In this document: positions 45,718-56,300 of the stretch, piece by piece
Layout of the letters: every line of letters starts with the position of its first letter
Numbering within the stretch: the first letter of the stretch is position 1
NCBI GenBank assembly: GCA_016186955.1
Contig: JACPKP010000004.1
Coordinates: 71,288-135,287 of the forward strand
From: Candidatus Daviesbacteria bacterium
GTDB taxonomy: Bacteria > Patescibacteriota > Microgenomatia > Daviesbacterales > UBA10151
Direction: 5' to 3'
DNA length: 64,000 nucleotides
The notes under the pieces: generated by a model
The model's input: the letters and a program-made list of their open reading frames with translations, nothing else
Database searches by the model: none
What the model was told of the DNA's origin: nothing
Position numbers and translations under genes: made by a program

Positions 45718-47190
45718 ATGGCAAATATTGATGTACAATTACTCGCCCAATTAAAAACCTGGAATCCTTGGTGGCAACAAGGCAAAGATGGTATAGCCAG
45801 ATATAATGACCCGGTCTACAAGCGAGAACTGTATAGTAATGTAATTAGTCAATATAAACAAGGTAATCAAATTGTAAGTATTGTTGGTATGCGGCAAGTT
45901 GGTAAATCAACACTTATGCGACAAGTTATAAAAGAGTTGTTGGATGAGGGAGTTGACCCAAAAACAATTTTGTATATTTCCTTTGATGACCCTTTCGTAC
46001 GCATAAAATATGATAAAAAAAAGATTTTTGACATTGTGGTACAAACTTTTATAGGAGGGTTACTTCAAGAAGATCTTGATTCTTATAAAGGTAAATTATA
46101 TTTTTTCCTGGATGAGATACATCAACTGCCTGAATGGGAGAAAACTCTCAAGACCTATTATGACCGTTCGTTCCCTATCAATTATATGGTGAGTGGCTCC
46201 TCTTCCCTTCACCTTCAGTCAAAAAATAAAGAAAGCCTGCTCGGGCGAATTTCAGAACATGTCCTTTGGCCATTTTCATTCAGGGAGTATTTTGAATATC
46301 ATTCTGGTCAAGAAAAACAGGTTTCCGAAATCATTGAGGAAGCAAGACAAATATACAATAAATATATTACTACATTTGATATGGCTGAAACGTACCCATC
46401 TCTACAAGAAACATATAAAAAAGCTTTTGTTTGGAGTAAGCAAATCATAGAATCAAATCTTCAAAGATTTATTGTTTGCGGGGGATTCCCCCGGGCATGG
46501 CAGCAGCCTGATTTTGTATCCAGGCAGCGGATTTTATGGGAACAGCATGTTGGAAAAGTAATTTTTGAAGATCTGGTGCAAGTAGCAAGTATACGGAAAC
46601 CACGTGACCTAGAGTTTTTATTTACTTACATTATTGAAAATAATGGGAAAGAAGTAAAACTTGGAGAAATGAAAAGGAATCTGAATATTCACTGGGAAAC
46701 TCTGGACCGATATTTAAGCTATCTCATAAGGACATTTTTAATATTCAGAATCGAAAGGACAAAAACAAAACGGCTACTTATTAAGAGAAGGTCAGGGAAT
46801 GTTAAATTCTATCTGACAGATGTTGCCCTCCGCAACGCATTTTATAATAAAACAGAAGATGTTTATTTTGATTCCGAAGAAATGTCTTTCATCTCTGAGA
46901 ACTTAGTTTGTACAACACTCCAGAGGTGGCTTCGTGGCCCAAAGCGTGAAGAACAGGTATCCTTTTATAAAGATAGAAGTGGAGAAGTAGATTTTGTGTT
47001 TAAAGGTTTTAATACAATTATCCCAATCGAAATTAAGTGGAGAAGTGACATACCTCCTTTGAAAACACTAAAAAAAGTAGAAAATGCTTGGGATGTTAGT
47101 CAAAGTATTTTAATTACTAAGGATCAAGATCTTGATCTAAGGAGTGGAAGATTATCAATACCATTATGGTTTTTCCTACTGTGTTTTTAA
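45718..47190 (+). CDS. AAA_14/DUF4143-family ATPase
   Basis: 'VSIVGMRQVGKSTLMRQV' is Walker A. The length and C-terminal DUF4143-like region fit the family. Confidence 0.8.
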   Translation: MANIDVQLLAQLKTWNPWWQQGKDGIARYNDPVYKRELYSNVISQYKQGNQIVSIVGMRQVGKSTLMRQVIKELLDEGVDPKTILYISFDDPFVRIKYDKKKIFDIVVQTFIGGLLQEDLDSYKGKLYFFLDEIHQLPEWEKTLKTYYDRSFPINYMVSGSSSLHLQSKNKESLLGRISEHVLWPFSFREYFEYHSGQEKQVSEIIEEARQIYNKYITTFDMAETYPSLQETYKKAFVWSKQIIESNLQRFIVCGGFPRAWQQPDFVSRQRILWEQHVGKVIFEDLVQVASIRKPRDLEFLFTYIIENNGKEVKLGEMKRNLNIHWETLDRYLSYLIRTFLIFRIERTKTKRLLIKRRSGNVKFYLTDVALRNAFYNKTEDVYFDSEEMSFISENLVCTTLQRWLRGPKREEQVSFYKDRSGEVDFVFKGFNTIIPIEIKWRSDIPPLKTLKKVENAWDVSQSILITKDQDLDLRSGRLSIPLWFFLLCF

Positions 47191-47196
47191 ATCTAT

Positions 47197-48420
47197 ATGA
47201 AAAATAACTGGCCAATTAAAAAATTAGGAGAGGTTTGTAAGGTTTTTGCTGATGGTGATTGGATCGAAAGTAAAGATCAGTCATCAAGCGGAATTCGTCT
47301 TGTTCAAACTGGGAATATTGGGAGGGGTATTTTTTTAAATAAAGGAGGAAAATCAAGGTTTATCTCTGAACAAACTTTTAAAAGGTTAAACTGTACAGAA
47401 ATTCTTCCAGGAGATTTGCTGATATCACGGTTACCTGATCCAGTTGGTCGTTCCTGTATAATTCCTGATACAGGAACAAAAATGGTAACAGCTGTTGATT
47501 GTACCATTGTCCGTGTGAATGAAAAATTAATACTTAGAGATTTTTTGCTGTTATACACAAATAGCTCAAATTACTACACTCAAATTCAAGCTCATTTATC
47601 AGGAACGACCCGCAAAAGAATAAGCCGAGGAAATTTATCACAAATTGAAATCCCTCTCCCACCACTTTCAGAACAAAAGAAAATTGTGGCGAAACTTGAG
47701 AAATTGTTGGCGAAAGTGAATGAAGCAAAAAAGCTCCGCGCTAAAGCGCAAGAAGCCGCGAGTCAGCTCCTCCCCGCCGAATTCCACAAAATTTTTGAAG
47801 AAGGAAGAGAAAAAGGATGGGAGGAAATAGATTTTGGTGATAAAAAATACATTGAGATTATAGATGGTGACCGAGGGAAAAATTATCCAAAAAAAAGTGA
47901 TTTTACACCTGAAGGCTACTGCCTTTTCTTAAATACAAGTAATGTAAGACACGGATCTTTTAATTTTTCTAAATGTGATTTTATTTCAAAGGAACGAGAT
48001 GAAATATTACGAAAAGGCAAATTGAAACGTGGCGATGTAATATTAACTACTCGAGGAACTCTCGGTAACTCTGCATTTTTTGATGATAAAGTACCTTTCG
48101 ACAATATGAGGATAAATTCTGGAATGGTTATATTGCGCGTTAATGAGAAAGTACTCACTCAACGTTTTTTACTGTATGTATTAAACTCACCAAATGTCAT
48201 GGATTTGATTAAGAAGGCGAACTCAGGCAGTGCTCAGCCGCAACTACCGATTCGTGTGTTATCAAAATACATTTTATACTTCCACCCATCACAGAGCAAA
48301 AAAAGATAGTTGCACGACTGGACTTAATTTCCGAAAAAGCGCGTCAACTTCAAGACTACCAAAAATCCACCGAGCGCGATCTCCTCACCCTCGAACAATC
48401 AATTTTACACAAGGCTTTTT
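47197..48420 (+). pseudogene. hsdS: type I restriction-modification specificity subunit HsdS with two target-recognition domains. It is frameshifted near the 3' end (~48265-48282, a T4 run), and no hsdM or hsdR is in the window.
   Basis: TRD1 ends with 'IPLPPLSEQKKIVAKLEKLL'. The frame stops at 48309, but the conserved 'ILPPITEQKKIVARLDLISEKARQL...' continues in another frame to 48420. One extra T restores the full-length protein. Confidence 0.8.
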
Positions 48421-48441
48421 AAGGAAGATTAGTAAATTAAA

Positions 48442-48563
48442 ATGATTAAATTATCAAGGTCTAAGTTAGAATTATTATTTGACTGTCCCCGTTGTTTCTG
48501 GTTATCTTGACTTTCGGGCTATAGTCCTGAGTCTTGCCGAAGGGTAATTTATGGTTTAAAGTG
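48442..48563 (+). repeat. copy 2 of the cassette-junction repeat (micro-ORF 48442-48510)
   Basis: Read from the sequence. Confidence 0.85.
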
Positions 48564-48568
48564 AGGTT

Positions 48569-48718
48569 ATGCTTAGCAAGAAAAATCCAGAGATTGAAAC
48601 GATAAAATCCAAACCTGAAAAAAGAGATATCCTGACGGAAATGTTTGAACACTTTGGGATTAAAGTAGTAGATGTAGGTTCTCAAATCCCAAAGGCCAAC
48701 AGGAAAAGAAAGGGATGA
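48569..48718 (+). CDS. conserved 49-aa small protein (paralog of 45223-45372)
   Basis: See the paralog entry above. Confidence 0.4.
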   Translation: MLSKKNPEIETIKSKPEKRDILTEMFEHFGIKVVDVGSQIPKANRKRKG

Positions 48719-48725
48719 AGTAAAG

Positions 48726-49565
48726 ATGAAAAAGATAATTACCAAAGGAATAAAAGTGTATACGTTTCAGCAAAATGAAATAGATTACATCTCCCTCACT
48801 GATATTGCCAGGTACAAAGATAAAGAAAGAACAGACTATATCATCCAAAATTGGATGAGGAATAGAGAAACTATAGAGTTCTTGGGTATTTGGGAACAAA
48901 TCAATAATACAAATTTTAAACCCATCGAATTCGATGGGTTAAGAAAAAATGCAGGATTAAATAGTTTTTCACTTACTCCTAAAAGATGGGTCTCTTCTGT
49001 CAATGCCATTGGCATTATTGCAAAATCGGGCAGATATGGAGGTGGGACATTTGCACACAAAGATATTGCTTTTGAATTTGCTTCCTGGATTAGCGCTGAA
49101 TTTAAGCTTTACTTGATTAAAGAATTTCAACGACTCAAAGTTGAGGAAAACGAGAGGTTAATTTTAGGTTGGGATGTTAAGCGTCAGCTGACCAAAATTA
49201 ATTATCTTATCCATACAGATTCCATTAAGGAAAACTTAATCCCTCTGTCAATTACTAAAAATCAAGCCAAAGTCATTTATGCCTCGGAAGCAGATATCTT
49301 GAACGTGGCTTTGTTTGGTAAAACCGCAAAAGAATGGCGCGATGAAAATAAGGATAAAGATGGTAATATCCGTGATTATTGTGACGTTACACAATTAGTA
49401 GTTTTGGCTAATCTTGAAGGTATTAATGCCGAGCTAATTCGTCAAGGCTTGCCTCAATCTAAGAGATTAGTTCAACTAAACCAGATCGCTATCTCCCAAA
49501 TGCAATCTTTACTTGGTAATGCCTCAATAAGCAAAGCTTTTCTACGAATAAAGAAATTAAAATAA
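48726..49565 (+). CDS. KilA-N domain protein
   Basis: 'ISLTDIARYKD...NWMRNRETIEFLGIWE...GGTFAHKDIAFEFASWISAEFKLYLIKEFQRL'. Confidence 0.75.
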   Translation: MKKIITKGIKVYTFQQNEIDYISLTDIARYKDKERTDYIIQNWMRNRETIEFLGIWEQINNTNFKPIEFDGLRKNAGLNSFSLTPKRWVSSVNAIGIIAKSGRYGGGTFAHKDIAFEFASWISAEFKLYLIKEFQRLKVEENERLILGWDVKRQLTKINYLIHTDSIKENLIPLSITKNQAKVIYASEADILNVALFGKTAKEWRDENKDKDGNIRDYCDVTQLVVLANLEGINAELIRQGLPQSKRLVQLNQIAISQMQSLLGNASISKAFLRIKKLK

Positions 49566-49686
49566 ATGATTAAATTATCGAGGGCTAAATTAGAATTACT
49601 TTTTGAATATCCCCGTTGTTTCTGGTTATCTTGACTTTCGGGCTATAGTCCTGAGTCTTGCCGAAGGGTAATTTATGGTTTAGAGT
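49566..49686 (+). repeat. copy 3 of the cassette-junction repeat (micro-ORF 49566-49634). It starts immediately after the KilA-N stop codon.
   Basis: Read from the sequence. Confidence 0.85.
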
Positions 49687-49695
49687 AGAATTTAT

Positions 49696-50727
49696 ATGAA
49701 AAAAGGCAGACAAATTATTAAACAAAATAGCTTCACCGAGTTTTTGCTTTATACAACGCCAAATGGAAAAGTAAAGGTAGAGATATTTCTTCATAATGAA
49801 AATATCTGGTTAACTCAATCTAAAATAGCAGAGCTTTTTGGAGTGCAGAGGCCGGCAATTACCAAGCATCTAAAAAACATATTTGAGACTATGGAGTTGA
49901 ACGAGAAATCAGTTAGTTCCATTTTGGAACATACTGCCAAAGACGGTAAGAAGTACAAAACCCTATTCTATAACCTTGATGCGATTATTTCGGTTGGATA
50001 CAGAATAAACAGCTCTCAAGCAACGCAGTTCCGTATTTGGGCAACAGAAAGACTTAAAGAATACATAATTAAAGGATTTACCATGGATGATGAAAGACTC
50101 AGGGATCCCTACAATATCTTTGGAAAAGATTATTTTGAAGAACAACTTGCCCGAATAAGGGATATACGTTCAAGCGAAAGGCGTATGTACCAGAAGATCA
50201 CTGATATTTACGCACAATGCAGCGCTGATTACGATCCAAATGAAGAAATTACCAGGCAATTTTTTGCGACAGTGCAAAACAAACTCCATTTTGCGATTAC
50301 CAATAAAACTGCCGCAGAGATAATACACGAAAGAGTAGATAGCGCCAAACCATATATGGGGCTCACTGTTTGGAAAAATTCTCCAAAAGGTGCTATTCGG
50401 GAATCCGATGTCATTATTGCCAAAAACTATCTTAATGAAAAAGAACTGGATCATTTAAATAGAATTGTTACCATGTATCTTGATTATGCAGAAATGCAAG
50501 CCGAGCGTGGGATTGTCATGTATATGAAGGACTGGGTAGCAAAGCTGGACGCCTTTCTTAAATTTAATGAGCAACAAATACTTAGTGACACTGGACTCAT
50601 AAGCCACGAGGTTGCAGAATCTCTGGCCTTGAAAGAATTTGAAAAATATCGCAGGGAGCGGGACAAAAACTACATATCAGATTTTGACCGCGAAATGAAA
50701 AAACTTTTGAAGAGAGCAAGGAAATAA
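49696..50727 (+). CDS. RhuM-family protein
   Basis: 'YNLDAIISVGYRINSSQATQFRIWATERLKEYIIKGFTMDDERL' is the hallmark RhuM block. Confidence 0.85.
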   Translation: MKKGRQIIKQNSFTEFLLYTTPNGKVKVEIFLHNENIWLTQSKIAELFGVQRPAITKHLKNIFETMELNEKSVSSILEHTAKDGKKYKTLFYNLDAIISVGYRINSSQATQFRIWATERLKEYIIKGFTMDDERLRDPYNIFGKDYFEEQLARIRDIRSSERRMYQKITDIYAQCSADYDPNEEITRQFFATVQNKLHFAITNKTAAEIIHERVDSAKPYMGLTVWKNSPKGAIRESDVIIAKNYLNEKELDHLNRIVTMYLDYAEMQAERGIVMYMKDWVAKLDAFLKFNEQQILSDTGLISHEVAESLALKEFEKYRRERDKNYISDFDREMKKLLKRARK

Positions 50728-50787
50728 ATGATTAAATTATCGAGGTCTAAATTAGACTTACTTTTTGAATGTCCCCGTTGTTTCTGG
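50728..50787 (+). repeat. copy 4 (truncated) of the cassette-junction repeat. It starts immediately after the RhuM stop codon and diverges into GC-rich sequence.
   Basis: Read from the sequence. Confidence 0.8.
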
Positions 50788-50902
50788 GAGCGGGTGAGGG
50801 GAGTAACAACCTTTCGTTTCGCGAAAGAACGTTGCCCCGATAAATCGGGGTCGAACAGCTTTGCACTCCGTGCTGCGCAGCCTAACTCTCCAACCACCCT
50901 TT

Positions 50903-50935
50903 CAAACAGAAAAACTGGCCACAAGGACCAGTTTT
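50903..50935 (+). terminator. rho-independent terminator
   Basis: 'aaaaACTGGccacaaggaCCAGTtttttg' is a hairpin followed by a T6 run. Confidence 0.55.
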
Positions 50936-51158
50936 TTGTTCGAGAGCGGGTAATGACAATCTGTTCGAACTTTATTTAAAAACCTTTAATGGTTTGATGC
51001 AATGTTTTAGACCCTACCCTCAGGTTTATTCTTTTTGATGCTTGATGTGTTTTTAAACTTAAGGCCTTCTACAAAATCCTCTAATACTGTCGTTAATCTG
51101 GTTAAAAATTAATCCATATTTTCTGACATTAGATTATCTGTGACGGTTACTTTATGTT

Positions 51159-51362
51159 TCATGAACCAAAAAGAAAATGCCACATCTTTTCTACAAGAAA
51201 CCAACCAAAAAACCCTGCAATAACATATAATGGGAACCGCTTAAACTCTCCTAATATCTCTTTAATCTCGTTTAATACACCATTCTGGTAAGATATTTGC
51301 TCACTAAGTGTTTCCAATTGTTCTTCTAAATTTTCTAAGCTTTTTTTATCCATTTTTAACAT
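51159..51362 (-). CDS. hypothetical small membrane protein
   Basis: 67-aa ORF with a C-terminal TM segment. Confidence 0.3.
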   Translation of the reverse strand: MLKMDKKSLENLEEQLETLSEQISYQNGVLNEIKEILGEFKRFPLYVIAGFFGWFLVEKMWHFLFGS

Positions 51363-51595
51363 TCTACCATAAATTTGACTTTCGGGTAACCTATGGTATT
51401 ATTAAAATAATAATTACTTTGCTTCACAAAAAGCGGTAATTAGGTTTTAGATTTGCTGGGTCTTTAGAAGGAGCACAGGAATCTAGGAATCTGACGTTCA
51501 CTTAAGAAAAAGAAATGCGGTCGCAAGACAAACAGCTTTTTCACTTGGACTATTGCAGGTTCTTGGACTTTTGTGCTTTTTTAATGTAAAAAAAT

Positions 51596-52111
51596 ATGCA
51601 AACTTTTGAGTGGAAAACAGACAACCTAGACGAAATGGCCGTGAGAATGGCTCAAATTAGAAAAAATCAAACTGAAGAAACTGAGGCAATCAATTTTAAC
51701 AGGGACTCTAACCCCTTAAATGGTGGAGAAGCTGGTGGGGCGACAGAGGGGATGTGGAAGTACCTTAAAGAGGCACAGGGTGATAACAATAAGGAAAAGT
51801 TCATGGAAGCTAACTCGACTGGTGCTGCTATTGACCGTTTGAGGGAGCAAAAGACAGAGGGGAAAAAGGAAGATTCCAGGACCCAATGGCAAAAAGATCA
51901 AGATATGGCAAGGGAGTTGAGGAATCCTAACTGGAGAGCAGAGTACGAGGCTTCAAGAGGTTTTGATAGGGCCGAATATTTGGCAGCGTTGCCAGTAGTA
52001 CAGAATGGAAAAACATATCATAAAGACGGCAGGGTGTGGGCCCGACAGGATTGGGATGCACTAAAGGAAAAACATGGACAACCGAAGCATTATCAGGGAA
52101 AGGAGGGTTAA
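51596..52111 (+). CDS. hypothetical protein in the mobile/phage-like block
   Basis: 171-aa charged, helical ORF. Confidence 0.4.
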   Translation: MQTFEWKTDNLDEMAVRMAQIRKNQTEETEAINFNRDSNPLNGGEAGGATEGMWKYLKEAQGDNNKEKFMEANSTGAAIDRLREQKTEGKKEDSRTQWQKDQDMARELRNPNWRAEYEASRGFDRAEYLAALPVVQNGKTYHKDGRVWARQDWDALKEKHGQPKHYQGKEG

Positions 52112-52114
52112 TTT

Positions 52115-52300
52115 ATGAAGACAGCAAATGATAGATTTTTTGTACATAATATTGAGTTCGAGCCTGATGCCGGAGCAGAAATGCTCAAGAAACAATGGGC
52201 GATAGGTTTGGATACAAAGAATCATGGAAAATTAAGTGGAGAGCGGAAACGAAGTGCCTATGCTCAGAAAGCTAATAACTCTTTGACAGGAGAAAGATAA
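52115..52300 (+). CDS. hypothetical small protein
   Basis: 61-aa ORF 3 nt after the upstream stop. Confidence 0.3.
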   Translation: MKTANDRFFVHNIEFEPDAGAEMLKKQWAIGLDTKNHGKLSGERKRSAYAQKANNSLTGER

Positions 52301-52303
52301 GAT

Positions 52304-53368
52304 ATGGCTATACCATTGCAACTCTTACCTAATGTCTTTAATGCAGCCCAAAAAGCTGTAGGACAGCTATCCCAACCCGTATATCAGGTAGGGAAAACAG
52401 CACAACAATTTTTTAATCCAGGTGGAAATGCACCCCAGCGATTCGGTCCTGTTAACCCCCCAACAGATCAGGGTGATTATCTAGAGCAAGTCCCCTCAAT
52501 GAACATTCCAGAATTGGATCTAAGCCCATACATCGAGCAGCAACAGCGGGAAATGGAGCTGGCACAAGCCGGATATAGCGAAAATATTGCAGAAATAGGA
52601 TCGCAGACTGAAAAACAAAAGGGGCTAATCGAAGCAAACAAACAATCGGCCTTGGGTGATCTGGCCTCAAGCCAGGAACAATCACAAAACACTGCGGAAA
52701 GGGCAATCAATGAAGCAAGGAGGGCGCAGGCGGAATTATCTCAGGGATTATCAGCCAGATATGGTACAGGTGTATCAACAGGTCTTGGAGCTCAAGCGAT
52801 CCTGGGAGCTCAAACAGTCAAAAATATTGGGGAGACTCGCCAGAGCCTAGCTGCAAGATTGGGAGAAATTCAAAAAAGAAAAGAACAGGTAACAAACGAA
52901 GCTAACAGACTGGTACTAGATGCTGACCAACAAGCGGAAGTATTGAAACAAAGAGCTTCGGTTGCCTTGAAAGAGGGTTTGGCAGCAGCCAGTAGGTACA
53001 GACTAGAAGGAACTCGCGCCAGGCAGGATCTTATAAATTCATATATGAGCCAGTACCGGGATATTGTTGCAGGGGTCAACGCTAGAAATGCAGCTTTTAA
53101 GCAGGCTATCGCAAAACAATTAATGGCTAATGAAATTTCTCTGAATAAATATTACCAAACTACAGCTACTGCAAGAGATACTGTAGATTTAAATGATAGA
53201 TTTGCATTATATAAAGCTGGAAAATTGTCTGCCCCGGCAGTTGACCAGCTTGAGCAAGACGCACAACTCCCTTCGGGTTCTCTGATCAGATCAACAGAAA
53301 TAGACGAAAACGATCCTTTCGCTGGATTGAAGAAAATCTCACAGGTTGGGATTGGTAATCTTGCATAA
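52304..53368 (+). CDS. hypothetical coiled-coil protein (phage structural or scaffold-like, tentative)
   Basis: 354-aa Gln/Ala-rich helical sequence tightly packed with its neighbours. Confidence 0.4.
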   Translation: MAIPLQLLPNVFNAAQKAVGQLSQPVYQVGKTAQQFFNPGGNAPQRFGPVNPPTDQGDYLEQVPSMNIPELDLSPYIEQQQREMELAQAGYSENIAEIGSQTEKQKGLIEANKQSALGDLASSQEQSQNTAERAINEARRAQAELSQGLSARYGTGVSTGLGAQAILGAQTVKNIGETRQSLAARLGEIQKRKEQVTNEANRLVLDADQQAEVLKQRASVALKEGLAAASRYRLEGTRARQDLINSYMSQYRDIVAGVNARNAAFKQAIAKQLMANEISLNKYYQTTATARDTVDLNDRFALYKAGKLSAPAVDQLEQDAQLPSGSLIRSTEIDENDPFAGLKKISQVGIGNLA

Positions 53369-53374
53369 TTATGT

Positions 53375-56300
53375 ATGGCACTTCCCTTTTTATCGGATAT
53401 AGAACAAAAAATCACAGATGCTAGAGATGCAGCGCAACGCATTTTGAAGCAACCTCAAAATTTTATTCAAGGTTTTAAACCCTCCGCAATAAATACCCTA
53501 AACACAATTACAAAAGCTGTATCAAGCTATCTGCCACAGTATGCACCCCAAACCCAACAGGTTAAGCCACAACCATTGTCTGCAATTAGAAAACAAGCAG
53601 AGAATTATTTAAACGCAGGATTAAACACAGCACAAAATTATGGAAACTATTTAAAGACTGAGGGGAGAAGATTGACCAGCCCGGAGTTCTTCAAACCAAA
53701 ATTCACTTTCGCAGATGAAATTAAAAATCCAGTGCTTAATTTTGCTGCACAGATCCCTCAATCTATTTTAAACGCACCCATTAACACAGGCGAGGGATTA
53801 GTTAATCTACCCAGGTCAAAATCCCCACAACAGGTTATTTCTAACGCAGCCAAGATTGCAGACTTACCCCTAACTTTGGCTACTTTTGGAGCTGGGGGCA
53901 CTGCTTTAAATATTGGCAAGCAAGGATTAAAGTCATCAATTTTGAAAGGTGGGTTAGAAGGGTTAAAATACGGTGCTGCTTATGGTGGTTTGTCTGGTTT
54001 GCGGGAAGGCGAGAATCTTAATTTGGAGGAACAATTAAGAATAGGGGCTGAAAGGGCAGTATTGGGTGGTGTAGGAGGGGCGGTTGTAGGGGGAGTGGTA
54101 CCATTGGTAGGTTATGGAATTGATAGGGGCGGTAAATTTGTTGTAAAAATCATGGGAGATGAAAAGGGTTTTGTTAAAATTCCGGGTAAAAAACCACCTA
54201 TTTTAGCAAAAGCGATTGAAGACGCAATTAATGGTGATGATTTAGCAAAAGCCCAGGATATTATTGACAAGTTACCTGATAAAAACCCCTATAAAGCCCC
54301 GTTTCAAAGCACACTAAATGCTCATATTAAAAACCAAAGTACAGCAGGGAAATATTCATACAATATCAATTTAGACAGACTAAAGCTATCGCCAAAAGAA
54401 AAAAAGGTTTTCGACACAAGAATTTCTACTGCAAAAAACATACTAGAAAAAGCCAAGGGGCAGAAGCTAACGGATGAAGAAGTGATTAATGCTGCAAAAA
54501 CCTCAGAGATTTTACAAAACGTAACTTCTAGGGAAGACACAGTGAGAGCTAATGCTGCTATGCTTAGAGCCCGCCAAAATATGGTTGAGCTTGATAAAAA
54601 CCTTGATGTTTACATTAAAAAAGGAAATGTCTTAAAAGCCCGGACAACAATGGCCGATTTGGTTGACTCTCTTAGGGTTGTTTCTTCTGAAGCAGCGGAC
54701 AGAGGACGGAAATTACAGAGCTTGTCTATTGAAGCCGGAGATGAAAGTTTAAGAAGTCAGGTTTTAAGAAGTATTGCTCGAGTTGAAAATGATAGCAACA
54801 GGATAGCAAAAGAAGCCTTAAAAGTTAACTGGAATAATGCAAACTCGATTACTACTTTCTACCGGCAGTTTGTCAAACCCAGCACAGGGGAGATATTGGA
54901 TGAGTTTAGGTATAATAACATCCTCTCTAATCCTCTTACCCACGAACGGAACGCATTTTCAAATCTCATCCAGACCTTTATATCAAGACCACTAACCCTG
55001 GTAGTACAAGGTGATATAAGCGGTGCAGGCAGATATTACAAAGGTGCGTTTGGGAGTTTTCCTGATGCTATAAAAGCATTTCAGGACTCGTTTTTAGGGA
55101 AGGGATTGATTCAAAAGCCCGATTTATCGAGGTTATCGACCAAAAAAATACCGGGAGCCTTGACAATCCCCACCAGGGCAATGGAGGCCTCAGACAGATT
55201 TTTTCAAACAATAATCTCATCCGGTGAAAGAGCACGAGGTGTCAGCAGCAAAGAAGCGGAAAAGATAGCCCAGTATTCACTATTCAGATCCATTTTAGAC
55301 CCTTCAAATAGAACAGGGCAGGGAGTGTTATTATCAAAAATTGATAACGCTACATTGGGAATTTACCAACTGGGGGAGAAGGTGCCAGGTCTCAGATGGT
55401 TCGTTCCTTTTTTGCAAACTCCGATGAATGTCGCAAAACAGTGGCTTGAATATTCCCCAGGGGGTTTTGCGACAATCCCGGGAGCAGCCAAGCCAAAAGA
55501 ACAAATTGCAAAAGCCGTGATTGGATCGGTTATAACTGCGATGGGTGGTTGGTTAGCCAGTCAAGACAAAACAACCTGGTCAGCCCCGGTTGACCCTAAA
55601 GCAAAAGAGCTTTTCTATGCTTCAGGCAGGAAACCTTTTAGTATTAAGGTGGGTGATGCTTGGGTGCCAATGCCATTTTTAGGGGTGTACGCCTTTCCGG
55701 TTGCGTTAGCTGCTGCTGCAAAGTATTATCAGGATGAGTCCAGAACGGCATTGACTGATTCACAGATTGAGAGGTTGACCAAAGGGGTGTTTTCTATGAC
55801 TGAGTTTTTTAGTCAACAGACTTTTATGGAGGGGCTTGGTAATTTCGTTTCTCTGGTCAAAGGTGATAAAGATTATTCTCTGCCGGCAAACCTGGCATTT
55901 ACCGCACAACAGATAATACCCTTAAATGGGCTGGTAGGTTACATAAGCCGAATTTTAGATCCTATCTTCAGGAAAGCAGATGGTGAAGGTATTGGTGGTA
56001 AATTTATTGCTGGAGTCCAAAGGAATATTCCATTTCTCTCAAGTGGGCTTCCGGCTTATACAAACCCCTTGGGTGAGGAATCCAGACGGAACATTTCAAG
56101 CTATCTTGCGCCCTATGCTTTGGGAGTTCAAGACAAGAGGTTTGAACAACAGTATCAGGGTAGGGAGATCTTGCTACAAAGTAATGATGTTTTGAATAAA
56201 ATCGATGATGCGATAGTAAATGGGAGAGTACCAACAGGGGATCCGGCATTAGTTGAATTTAGGCAAGCGGAATACTATTACAAAAAAATATTAAACAGAG

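Noticed and set aside
45094-50795. Integron (attC cassette array) interpretation of the junction repeats
   Set aside because: No IntI-type integrase is divergently placed at the array head. The repeats lack the R''-L''/L'-R' palindromic attC architecture, and they contain a selected protein-coding micro-ORF instead.
45094-50795. CRISPR array
   Set aside because: The repeats are ~125 bp and separated by 1-3 kb of protein-coding genes. They are not 25-50-bp repeats with short spacers, and there are no cas genes.
50728-50979. 83-aa ORF MIKLSRSKLDLLFECPRCFWERVRG...
   Set aside because: It is read-through of truncated repeat copy 4 into GC-rich palindromic sequence that ends at a terminator. Only the first 20 codons are conserved, so it is not an independent gene.
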